Of a stretch of DNA of 64,000 nt, positions 20,937 through 29,900 are shown in pieces (the first letter of the stretch is position 1; every line of letters starts with the position of its first letter). The DNA lies in NCBI GenBank assembly GCA_963796275.1, contig CAWCKY010000003.1:864001-928000 (forward strand), written 5' to 3'. Made by a program: the position numbers and the translations under genes. The notes below the pieces were generated by a model. That model searched no databases, was not told where the DNA came from, and saw only the letters and a program-made list of their open reading frames with translations. This DNA is from an uncultured Acidobacteriota bacterium (GTDB lineage: Bacteria > Acidobacteriota > Blastocatellia > RBC074).

Positions 20937-21701
20937 ATGGAAAAGAGTAGCAAAATCCATATCGGCTGCTCAGGATGGAACTACAACCACTGGCGAGGGC
21001 GCTTCTATCCCAAAGGACAACCGCAGAACAGATGGTTCGATTTCTACGCCGGCGTGTTCGATACGGTCGAGATCAATAATACCTTTTATCGATTGCCCGA
21101 AGCGCGAACCTTCAAGGCCTGGTGCAAACAGGCGCCTGCCGGATTCCTCTATGCGGTCAAGGCAAACCGCTATTTAACTCACCAGAAAAAATTAAAAGAT
21201 GCGAGAGCGCCGCTCAAAAAATTTCTCAGTCGCGCGCAATATCTGGAAGAGCACCTGGGGCCGATCCTCTACCAACTGCCGGCGCGCTGGCACCTGAACC
21301 TAGAACGTCTCGAGTCATTTCTCGATCTCTTGCCGGAAGACTTGATCCACATCTTCGAATTTCGCGATCAAACCTGGATGGTTGAGGAGGTCTTCCGATG
21401 CCTGGAAGCGCGGGGCATCTCTTTCTGCGCGCACGATATGTCGGGTTTAAACGTGCCACGCCTCGCGATAGGTAAAGTTGCTTATGTTCGCCTTCATGGG
21501 ACAGGAGAGAAATATCAGGGTGGTTATAGCGAGCCGATTCTGCGGAGCTGGTGGAGTTGGATGAATAAGCAGACGCGGTCGGGAAAGGAGCTATACGTTT
21601 ATTTCAACAATGACGCCGAAGCCCTCGCTGTGCACGACGCTCAGCTGTTGAAGCGGAAGGCGGGAATAGTAAAAGCATCTAAAAAGCGGGGTCGGCCGTG
21701 A
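20937..21701 (+). CDS. DUF72 (YecE-like) TIM-barrel protein
   Basis: IGCSGWNY, VEINNTFY, LYQLP, EFRDQTW, YVRLHG, YVYFNND. Confidence 0.92.
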   Translation: MEKSSKIHIGCSGWNYNHWRGRFYPKGQPQNRWFDFYAGVFDTVEINNTFYRLPEARTFKAWCKQAPAGFLYAVKANRYLTHQKKLKDARAPLKKFLSRAQYLEEHLGPILYQLPARWHLNLERLESFLDLLPEDLIHIFEFRDQTWMVEEVFRCLEARGISFCAHDMSGLNVPRLAIGKVAYVRLHGTGEKYQGGYSEPILRSWWSWMNKQTRSGKELYVYFNNDAEALAVHDAQLLKRKAGIVKASKKRGRP

Positions 21702-21972
21702 CCTATTGAAACAAGAATATTGCGCAGTACTGGAATGGAAGTGTAAGAGCGGCCGACCTGTTCATTCGGGAATGGACATTTCGGAGAAACTGGTATTTGC
21801 TGCACAGGACTCAATTACTCGATTATTGACATTCAGGTTCGACACTTGGCCAAAATTATTTTCACCGATCAGCTCGCGAAGCAGCGCCCATTCCGTGGGC
21901 TGATTTGGTTGTGAAAAGCTGATTATCTGAGGACTGCAAATTAAAGATGATTGTTATCAGTAGTTTCTGGTT

Positions 21973-22122
21973 GGCTCCGGAGGGGCCCGATGTTTATTGC
22001 TTAGATGATAATGTTCATCGCAAGGTCCGGAGGAGCGACATCTGAACGCCTATATGCCGCTCCTCCGGACCTTGGCAGGTTTGGATGATCGAGTGCTATA
22101 AATACTCCGCGCCGCTGGCGCT
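21973..22122. repeat. ~150-bp composite palindromic element (REPIN/MITE-like), copy 2, inverted relative to copy 1
   Basis: Reverse complement reads CGCCAGCGGCGCG..TTTATAG...TCCGGAGGAGCGGCATAT...ATGTCGCTCCTCCGG...ATAAAC..CCTCCGGAGC, collinear with 14003-14151. Confidence 0.75.
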
Positions 22123-22233
22123 TGGGACCGAAAAACATTGATTCCCAATGATCTTTATGCACAGGCCTCGATTATCTGAAGATCAATAAATCAATGCAGA
22201 CACATGCATTGTGTCAATGCAAAGCTTGTTACT

Positions 22234-22818
22234 TTATGGTTGTGGTACTTCGTCCTTGAAATATAACCGCCGCGTTTGGACGTTCGTATCGGGTTCGACT
22301 ACAAATAACAAGTCAGTCAGCTCATCCGCGTGTTCTTCTTCCTTTGCGAGAATCTCTTCTAGCATCACACGCGACGTGGTGTCCTTCTCCGCGAAGAAAT
22401 TGATGATTTCGCGGTAAGTCTCGATGGCGATGCGCTCGGCAATCAGATTCTCACGTATCATATCGGCGAGCGATGTACCTTCTTTGTATTCGCTGTGGCT
22501 ATTTTGCACGATGATTGCCGGATTCATCTCAGGTTTGCCGCCGAGCTGTTTGATGCGGCGGGCGATGCGATCGGCGTGCTCTTGTTCTTCATTCGCGTGT
22601 TCGAGGAACTCATCCGCCACGGCACTTGAGTGAATGCCTGTCGCCATGAAATAGTGAAATCGGTAACGCAGAGTGCAAACGATCTCAGTCGCCAGCACTT
22701 CGTTCAGGATATTCGTAGCATGATCGGGATCGAGCTGGTAATTTTCAGTAATTGCTCCCTGTTCGATCTTCTGTCGCGCCCGCGCGCGTATTTCTTCGAC
22801 ATTGCTGATAAAACTCAT
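22234..22818 (-). CDS. Ferritin-like (bacterioferritin/Dps-related) protein
   Basis: LNEVLATEIVC, EEQEHAD, ENLIAERIAI, EEEHAD di-iron motifs. Confidence 0.9.
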   Translation of the reverse strand: MSFISNVEEIRARARQKIEQGAITENYQLDPDHATNILNEVLATEIVCTLRYRFHYFMATGIHSSAVADEFLEHANEEQEHADRIARRIKQLGGKPEMNPAIIVQNSHSEYKEGTSLADMIRENLIAERIAIETYREIINFFAEKDTTSRVMLEEILAKEEEHADELTDLLFVVEPDTNVQTRRLYFKDEVPQP

Positions 22819-22971
22819 TTCTCTCCTCCCAAGTACTTTTCACCTTTGTTTTATTGTTTCTTCGCCTATTGCAGTGCGGTCTGACTTTAAAATATCCCGT
22901 GAAATCTGTTTTTGAATTAAGACTCCCCGAAGACATCTGTTGCGCACCTGTCAACTCCCATTAACTAACTC

Positions 22972-22986
22972 GCAAACCTGATGCCA
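22972..22986 (-). promoter_or_regulatory. sigma54 -24/-12 promoter
   Basis: TGGCAT-CAGGT-TTGC on the minus strand, facing the ferritin-like gene. Confidence 0.7.
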
Positions 22987-22993
22987 CAGGCCT

Positions 22994-23008
22994 AGGTATA
23001 ACGATTGC
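22994..23008 (+). promoter_or_regulatory. sigma54 -24/-12 promoter
   Basis: AGGTAT-AACGA-TTGC facing 23090. Confidence 0.55.
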
Positions 23009-23089
23009 ACATAAACAGTAGGGGACTGTAAGGGCAAATCAGTTCTGTGTACATCGCAAAGAACTGGAACAATATCTGCGGAGGGACAG

Positions 23090-23632
23090 ATGGACCAGAG
23101 CATAAAAGCTCAGTTGCCGAGTGATAAATCGCTTAGCGGAGTTTTCACTGACAGGAAATCCGGCGAACGTGCTTATGATTTATTGCAAGAAATGGGATAT
23201 TCGGATGATGTCAGCGTTTTATTGTCCGATGAAGCCCGCGTCATATACTTTCCAAGCCCAGGATTGAAGGGCGAGGTTCTGGGAGATGTAAAAGGCGGAT
23301 TGCCCGGATATGGGAGTTTAGCCGGTGCGGCCGCAGGCACGGTTCTTGGCGCGTTGCTGGGAGCCGCCGCCTCTCTCATGATACCGGGACCGGGAGTGGA
23401 GATTGTAGGCCCAATCACTGCTGTACTGATTGGTGCGATAATTGGTGGGTTGAGCGGTATCTTGCTGGGGTCTCTGTTGGGTATCGGATATCTGGATGAA
23501 AGGGCGAAAAAATTCGCGGAGGAGGCCACACAAGGTAATGTCATCCTTGCGATTAATCCTCGTTCGGAAGCAGATGCTGAGAAAATTTCTCGGGAATGGC
23601 GTGCCGCCGGCGGCGAAATAGTAATCCAATAG
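23090..23632 (+). CDS. General-stress membrane protein with Gly-zipper helices (YflT/DUF1269-like)
   Basis: GVF...AYDLLQEMGY..DVSVL N-domain, GAAAGTVLGALLG, IPGPG..VGPI Gly-zipper. Confidence 0.75.
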   Translation: MDQSIKAQLPSDKSLSGVFTDRKSGERAYDLLQEMGYSDDVSVLLSDEARVIYFPSPGLKGEVLGDVKGGLPGYGSLAGAAAGTVLGALLGAAASLMIPGPGVEIVGPITAVLIGAIIGGLSGILLGSLLGIGYLDERAKKFAEEATQGNVILAINPRSEADAEKISREWRAAGGEIVIQ

Positions 23633-23642
23633 ATTTAGCTTC

Positions 23643-23669
23643 TCGAGGGGAGGAATAAGAAACCCTCGA
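23643..23669. terminator. Hairpin between convergent genes
   Basis: TCGAGGG...CCCTCGA stem. Confidence 0.35.
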
Positions 23670-23689
23670 ACCTGAATTTATGTGTTGTT

Positions 23690-23998
23690 TTAGCTTTTCG
23701 AAGCCTTACGCGCCCGCGTCCGGGCCGCTTTCTTTGCTGCGGCGGACCTGGCGGCGGAAGAGCGCGCTGCCGATGCCGCCCCGCCTATCCTACCACCCTT
23801 TTTGGCTGGGGCCTTATTTATCGCTTTTCCGCGGCCCGAACCGCTCTTCTTCCCACCTCCGGTCATCTCATTGACCGTCGCCCACGCGCGCCGTTCTGCT
23901 TCGTCTTGCGAGACGCCTCGCTTCTTATACCCTTCTTCAATATGCTCGGCTTGCCGCTTCTGTTTTTCCGAATATTTGGTTTTTTCGCCTCTCGGCAT
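23690..23998 (-). CDS. Small basic stress-associated protein (often labelled plasmid stabilization protein)
   Basis: MPRGEKTKYSEKQKRQAEHIEEGY...EAERRAWATVN...GGGKKSGSGRG with an Ala/Lys/Arg-rich tail; GGAGG SD. Confidence 0.85.
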   Translation of the reverse strand: MPRGEKTKYSEKQKRQAEHIEEGYKKRGVSQDEAERRAWATVNEMTGGGKKSGSGRGKAINKAPAKKGGRIGGAASAARSSAARSAAAKKAARTRARKASKS

Positions 23999-24064
23999 GA
24001 TTTATTGCCCTCCAATGTTTACAAATCAATCTACTAAAATATCTAATTACTAAAATATCTAATA

Positions 24065-24079
24065 GCAAGTGGCATGCCG
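24065..24079 (-). promoter_or_regulatory. sigma54 -24/-12 promoter
   Basis: CGGCAT-GCCAC-TTGC on the minus strand, 67 bp before the start at 23998. Confidence 0.65.
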
Positions 24080-24594
24080 CATCTCCCATCAGATTCTACT
24101 CGAATCCGCCGGGAGAATGTTCTTCCACAATGCACTCATGTAAATTTGGCGAACAGATATGGGGGATAGCCGATTTTATAAAGAAAAATAATCAAAGTAT
24201 AAGAAAATTTACTTGCAAAAGAAGCAAGTTATGCCGTATAAAATCCGCCACGTAATTTACCCAAAACGGTTTAAAATTTCCTGAGGCACGTACTGCTAAT
24301 GTTTGTCACACTATAGCGTTGCTTCCTAGGGTAAAAAGGTAAGACTTCCCCTGTACATTCAGATCATAGAGTTCATCAGAAAAAGGCTCAGTTTGTTCTA
24401 GTACTACGTTTAGAGAGGTGCGATTCTACCTATCTTATTCCGCACCCGAAGATCAGATAAACCCCCACGAACGTTAAAGCGCCTCAGGAATGCGAGGACC
24501 TGCTGATGCATCGTTATGCGACCAGATATCTTTGCTGGTTGTGACCGGTGCGCTTGAATCTGCACTTTCCCTCAATGAAAAAGGAGTTTTACCA

Positions 24595-25107
24595 ATGAAT
24601 TTCAAAGAGAGCGGAAAAATCTATGAAAGCGAGGTCTTGATGGCATGCTTCAATAGTTTAACGGAAGCGCATCGCGCTCAGCAGATTCTGATAGGTTATG
24701 GGTATCCTAGAGATGCTGTGACAGTGGTCGAGATGTCACACTTTGCACATAAACTGGCAGCCGCAAAAGACATACCTCATAAGACCATCAATAAGATTCT
24801 TATTTTCGTGGCGATTCTCATCAGTACTATGTTCATAACTCTCGCGTGTCTCTTTATGAAAAGCATTATCAGTCCGGCCGAAATGGGAGTGATGATACTT
24901 GTTTGGATAACCCTGACAGCGGGCGGGGTGGTGATATGTAGTTTTATCGGGGCAATAGTCTGGAAGATAATTCATTCGACGGTCGTTGACTGGGGGTTGG
25001 AAGCCGTTAAACGACAGAGAATTCTGATAGGCGTCAGATTGCAAACTCCGGATGATGCCGAACAGATTGAACGTGAATGGAAAGCAATTGGTTGTGAAAT
25101 GGTTTAG
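24595..25107 (+). CDS. Membrane protein, divergent paralog of 23090..23632
   Basis: AAGGAG SD before ATG 24595; two TM helices; C-terminus DAEQIEREWKAIGCE resembles DAEKISREWRAAGGE. Confidence 0.7.
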   Translation: MNFKESGKIYESEVLMACFNSLTEAHRAQQILIGYGYPRDAVTVVEMSHFAHKLAAAKDIPHKTINKILIFVAILISTMFITLACLFMKSIISPAEMGVMILVWITLTAGGVVICSFIGAIVWKIIHSTVVDWGLEAVKRQRILIGVRLQTPDDAEQIEREWKAIGCEMV

Positions 25108-25257
25108 CGGATCGATAGAAAAAGGGTCGGGGCGGTTATACGACGAGAGCTGTGAGGAGACTCTTGATAATCTGTATCACTCCGATATTCCCGACACAAC
25201 AAGCTGGCGAAGCTGATGTGAGATCAGTATAGAATTGCGTCACGAGGAAATATAGTA

Positions 25258-26511
25258 ATGATTTCCGGCGACATCCCATTAGATGAGCTTGAGGAGCTAC
25301 TCAAGTCACAATCACTGAACATCAAGAAAGAAATATTCGAACCGAAGAGGGCCGATTTGGTACAGGCATTCCTTGCGTCCCTTGTACAGTCATCAAACGA
25401 TGCGATTATCGGTAAAACATCGGATGGCATCATCGTGAGCTGGAACGAGGGAGCCGAGATGCTCTTCGGCTATAGAGCAGAAGAGATCATAAGGAAGCCG
25501 ATCAGCACTCTGATTCCTCCCGACCGGCAACAGGAAGCTGTTGAGTTGCTCAATAGATTGGGGCGTGGCGAACGAATCGAGCATTTCGAGACGGTGCGCA
25601 TAAGGAAGGACGGAATACCCGTCGATGTATCCCTCTCCATCTCTCCGATAAAGGATGGTAGTGGGCGAATCATCGGATCATCCAAAGTCGCGCGCGATAT
25701 CAGGAAGCGGAAGCGGGCGGAAACGGAAAGAGAAGAGTTACTGATGGAGGAAAGAGCAGCTCGTGTCAATGCGCAAGCGGCCAATCGCACAAAGGACGAA
25801 TTAATCTCGCTCGTCTCGCATGAATTACGCTCGCCTCTTAACTCGATACTTATTTATTGCCAGATGCTTGATTCAAATCCGAATGATGCGGAGCATATCA
25901 GGCAGAGCTGCGAAATCATCGAACGCAATATACGGACACAATTACGACTTATCGAAGACCTGCTCGATACCTCTCACATCGTCCGCGGGAGGCTCCGGCT
26001 CGATAAGCATCCGACAGACATCGTGGTTGTGATCGCCGACGCGCTCGACGGTATGCGCCCGTTGGCTGAGGCAAAAGGGATCCGTCTACGGGCATATTAC
26101 GATCCGGAACCAAAAATGGTAATCGGTGACCCGGTCCGGCTGCTGCAGGTGATCGGGAATTTACTTTCGAACGCGATCAAGTTCACACCGGAAGGCGGGC
26201 GCGTCGAATTATGGTTGGAACGCAGCGGCGAAGACCTCTGCATCACCGTCAGCGATACGGGAGCAGGCATCGACAAGAATCTGCTGCCTTACATCCTCAA
26301 CCGTTTCTACCAGAACGATTGGTTGCACGCACACAAGGAGCGCGGTCTCGGGCTTGGCCTCACACTGGCGAAGCAGTTGGTTGAACTGCACGACGGGACG
26401 ATCGAGGTATCGAGTGATGGAAAAGGATATGGCTCGACCTTCACCGTCAAGCTTCCTCTGGCATGGCGGACCAGATTGTACGGTGCGGAACAGACCGCAT
26501 TAAATACTTAA
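25258..26511 (+). CDS. PAS-HisKA-HATPase sensor histidine kinase (receiver domain lost)
   Basis: PAS SSNDAIIGK...SWNEGAE; H-box SHELRSPL; NLLSNAIKF; GLGLGL. Confidence 0.88.
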   Translation: MISGDIPLDELEELLKSQSLNIKKEIFEPKRADLVQAFLASLVQSSNDAIIGKTSDGIIVSWNEGAEMLFGYRAEEIIRKPISTLIPPDRQQEAVELLNRLGRGERIEHFETVRIRKDGIPVDVSLSISPIKDGSGRIIGSSKVARDIRKRKRAETEREELLMEERAARVNAQAANRTKDELISLVSHELRSPLNSILIYCQMLDSNPNDAEHIRQSCEIIERNIRTQLRLIEDLLDTSHIVRGRLRLDKHPTDIVVVIADALDGMRPLAEAKGIRLRAYYDPEPKMVIGDPVRLLQVIGNLLSNAIKFTPEGGRVELWLERSGEDLCITVSDTGAGIDKNLLPYILNRFYQNDWLHAHKERGLGLGLTLAKQLVELHDGTIEVSSDGKGYGSTFTVKLPLAWRTRLYGAEQTALNT

Positions 26512-26549
26512 GGCACGATCAATCTGCCTGTCACTACGGCGGGTGAATG

Positions 26550-26911
26550 AGTAAAGTGCGGGCGGCTGACGATCGGGCGGCTGACGATGAGGATGGCGCA
26601 GTGCCGGCCGATTCTGAAACGCGGCAAGCGTGACGGCGATCTCTTCCGCGGCGGGGCTTGGTCGATTTATCTGGCCAGCCGTGCGGGAGAAAATGGTTAC
26701 ACGGTGATGAGATATGTTAGGATGCGCTAGCCAGCGCGCGGAGTCACGATGTCGCGGCGAATTACGGCGAAAGCCCGCGGGAATTCGAGAAGAGAAGAAT
26801 GGGTGCGCGCCCTCAGAGCGGGGCACATAACATATCGACAAGCCAGTCGAACCTGCTGAACTGGCAACCGTAATTTTCAGCCTGTTAAGAGGCCGTAACA
26901 ATAAAAAATAA
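26550..26911 (+). pseudogene. Decayed receiver (REC) domain formerly fused to the upstream kinase
   Basis: Fragments in shifting frames: AADD, SVTAISS, GENGYTVMRYV, RGVTMSRRITA, REEWVRALRAG, HIDKPVEPAELATVIFSLL. They are collinear with the REC of 58937..59881. Confidence 0.75.
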
Positions 26912-26985
26912 CCGGTAACAAAAGACAACCGAAAATAAAATTTAAAGTGTGTCCTGTGTTGCCTCCTGTTGCCCTGTGTTTGCCC

Positions 26986-29900
26986 GTGAAAAAAACAGCA
27001 AGCAAAGCATCGGCCACCGAGACCGACCTCGCCGATTCCGACGCATCCTCGCAGAGAGAGGGAGACCGATCGGGCGCGAGAGAGCCGGATCGCAATAGGG
27101 CGTTTCCTGTCGTCGGCATCGGCGCTTCCGCGGCCAGTCTGGAGGCATTCAGGGAGATACTCGAACATTTGCCCGCCGGCACTGGTATGGCCATCGTCCT
27201 AGTGCAGCCCATTGATCATACGAGCCCAAATATTCAGATAGATTTGCTCTCCCTGAGCACTGGAATGCAGGTGACCGAAGTAAGAGATGGCACGGTTGTC
27301 AGACCCGATCACATTTATGTCATCCAATCTCAATCCAGAGTGGCGATTGCCGAAGGCGTGTTGCACATCGTGCCTGGCGAGTGGGGGCGCGGGCGCCACC
27401 GTCCGATAGATTATTTTCTGCGCACGCTGGCCAGAGATCGAAGACACCGGGCTATCGGAGTTATTTTATCCGATACAGATTCAGACGGCGTGCTGGGCCT
27501 GGAAGCAATCAAGATCGCGGGCGGGATCACCCTCGCGCAGGATGCCAGATCGGCAAAATTTGACAGTATGCCGAGCGGCGCCATCGCCGCCGGTCATGTG
27601 GATATTGTCCTCACGCCGGAAGGCATCGCTCGAGAGTTGGCGCGGATCAGCCGCCACCCCTACATCACACCTCTTCGAACAGAAGCCCAATCAGCAGGGC
27701 GGCATACGGTCCGCAAGATTTTGTCGTTGCTGCAGAAGGCTAAAGGTATCGACTTCACCGACTATAAACCCAACACCCTGCACCGACGCATCGCGCGCCG
27801 CATAGTGTTGAACAAGCTGGAAGGTATCGAGGACTACATCCAATTCCTGCGCGCGCAGGCCGCGGAAGTGGAAGCGCTGTATCAGGACATCCTGATCAAT
27901 GTGACGAGCTTTTTTCGCAATCCGGAAATTTTCGCAGTCTTGAAAGAGCGGGTTTTTCCGCTGATCGTCCAGCGACGCGTGGCGGACGCTACGATCAGAA
28001 TCTGGACGCCAGGCTGCTCGACCGGAGAGGAAGCCTATTCCATCGCCATCTCATTCGCGGAATTTGCCGGGGAACAGGCGGAGCATTTACCCGTCCAGAT
28101 TTTCGCCACCGATCTCAACGACAAGGGAATTGAGAAGGCCCGCACAGGATTCTACACGAAGGAAATTGCGAAGGATGTCTCGCCCGAGCGCTTGCGGCGT
28201 TTCTTCACGGAAGCTGAGGGCGGTTACTTCGTCAATCAGTCTATTCGCGACATGGTCGTGTTCGCCCAGCAGAATGTCCTCTCTGATCCACCATTCTCGC
28301 GTGTGGACTTGATCAGCTGCCGGAATCTGCTGATCTACCTTGAGCCGGTATTACAAAAACAAGTCCTGCCTACGCTTCATTACTCGCTCAAGCCGGCTGG
28401 TATTCTCTGGCTCGGGAAGTCGGAAACGGTCGGTTCGACAACCGGCATGTTTACGCCGTTGGACAAGAAGCATCGCTTCTATTCTAAAAAAACGGTGCCG
28501 ACCCCCTTGACTGTTAAAGCTATGTCCGGCGATGCGGCGTATCAACAAGCAGCCGCCGCGCAGAAAGCTAATTACGATGGCACGCAAGTTCGCAACGACC
28601 GCGCTGTCCATAAGGAGGCCGATCGGGTACTTCTGGCCCGCTATTCGCCGGCGAGCGTTCTCATCAATGCCGACATGGAGATAATAGAATTTCGCGGAAC
28701 GGCCTCAGCCTATTTTGAGCCGACGTCCGGCAAGGCCACTCTCCATCTGTTGAAGATGGCTAGCGAAGGTCTGATGATCCTGTTGCACTCGATGATTAAG
28801 CAGGCGAAGACGGATGATGCGACCGTAAGAAAAGAGGGAGTACGGATCAACAGCGACGGCGTATCCCGGATAATCAATCTGGAAGTGACTCCGATCAAAG
28901 GCAGGACAGCGAATGAGCACTGCTTTCTGGTAGCGTTCGAGCCTGCCTCCGAGCAAAACCCCGGACAGGCGGCCAAACCTCGCGCAGCGAAAACCGGTCG
29001 AACAACGGGAAGAAACTCGGGCCGGGCGAAGGAATCGGATCGCTTACGGCAGGAGCTGGCCGCCGCACGCGCATACGTACAGTCACTCGTCGAGCAGCAT
29101 AAGGCCGCTAACGAAGAGCTGCAATCTGCCAACCGGGAGATACAGGCGAGGAATAAGGAGCTACAGAGCATCAATGAAGAGGCGAAGACGGCCAGAGAAG
29201 CGCTCGAATCCGGTAACAAAAAATTGGCGATCCTCAATGATGAGCTGAATAACCGGGATCTGGAATCGGATCGCTTACAGCAGGAGCTGGCCGCCGCACG
29301 CGCATACATACAGTCGCTCGCCGGGCAGCATAAGGGAGTTACCGAAGAGCTGCAATCTGCCAACCAGGAGATACAGGCGAGGAACGAGGAGCTACAGAGC
29401 AGCAATGAAGAGGTGAAGACGGCCAGGGAATCGCTCGAATCCGGTAACAAAAAATTGGTGATCCTCAACGACGAGCTGAATAGCCGGAATCTGGAAGCGG
29501 ATCGCTTACAGCAGGAGCTGGCCGCCACACGCGCATACATACAGTCGCTCGCCGGGCAGCATAAGGCCGCTAACGAAGAGCTGCAATCTGCCAACCAGGA
29601 GATACAGGCGAGGAACGAGGAGCTACAGAGCATCAATGAAGAGGTGAAGACGGCCAGGGAATCGCTCGAATCCGGTAACAAAAAATTGGTGATCCTCAAT
29701 GATGAGCTGAATAGCCGGAATCTGGAAGCGGATCGCTTACGGCAGGAGCTGGTCGCCACACGCGCATATATACAGTCGCTCGTCGAGCAGCATAAGGCCG
29801 CTAACGAAGAGCTGCAATCTGCCAACCGGGAAATACAGGCGAGCAACGAGGAGCTACAGAACATCAATGAAGAGCTAAAGACCGCCAGGGAGGAGCTTGA

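Noticed and set aside
26500-27168. 222-aa minus-strand ORF
   Set aside because: Antisense to the decayed receiver domain and the CheB start; no recognisable motifs.
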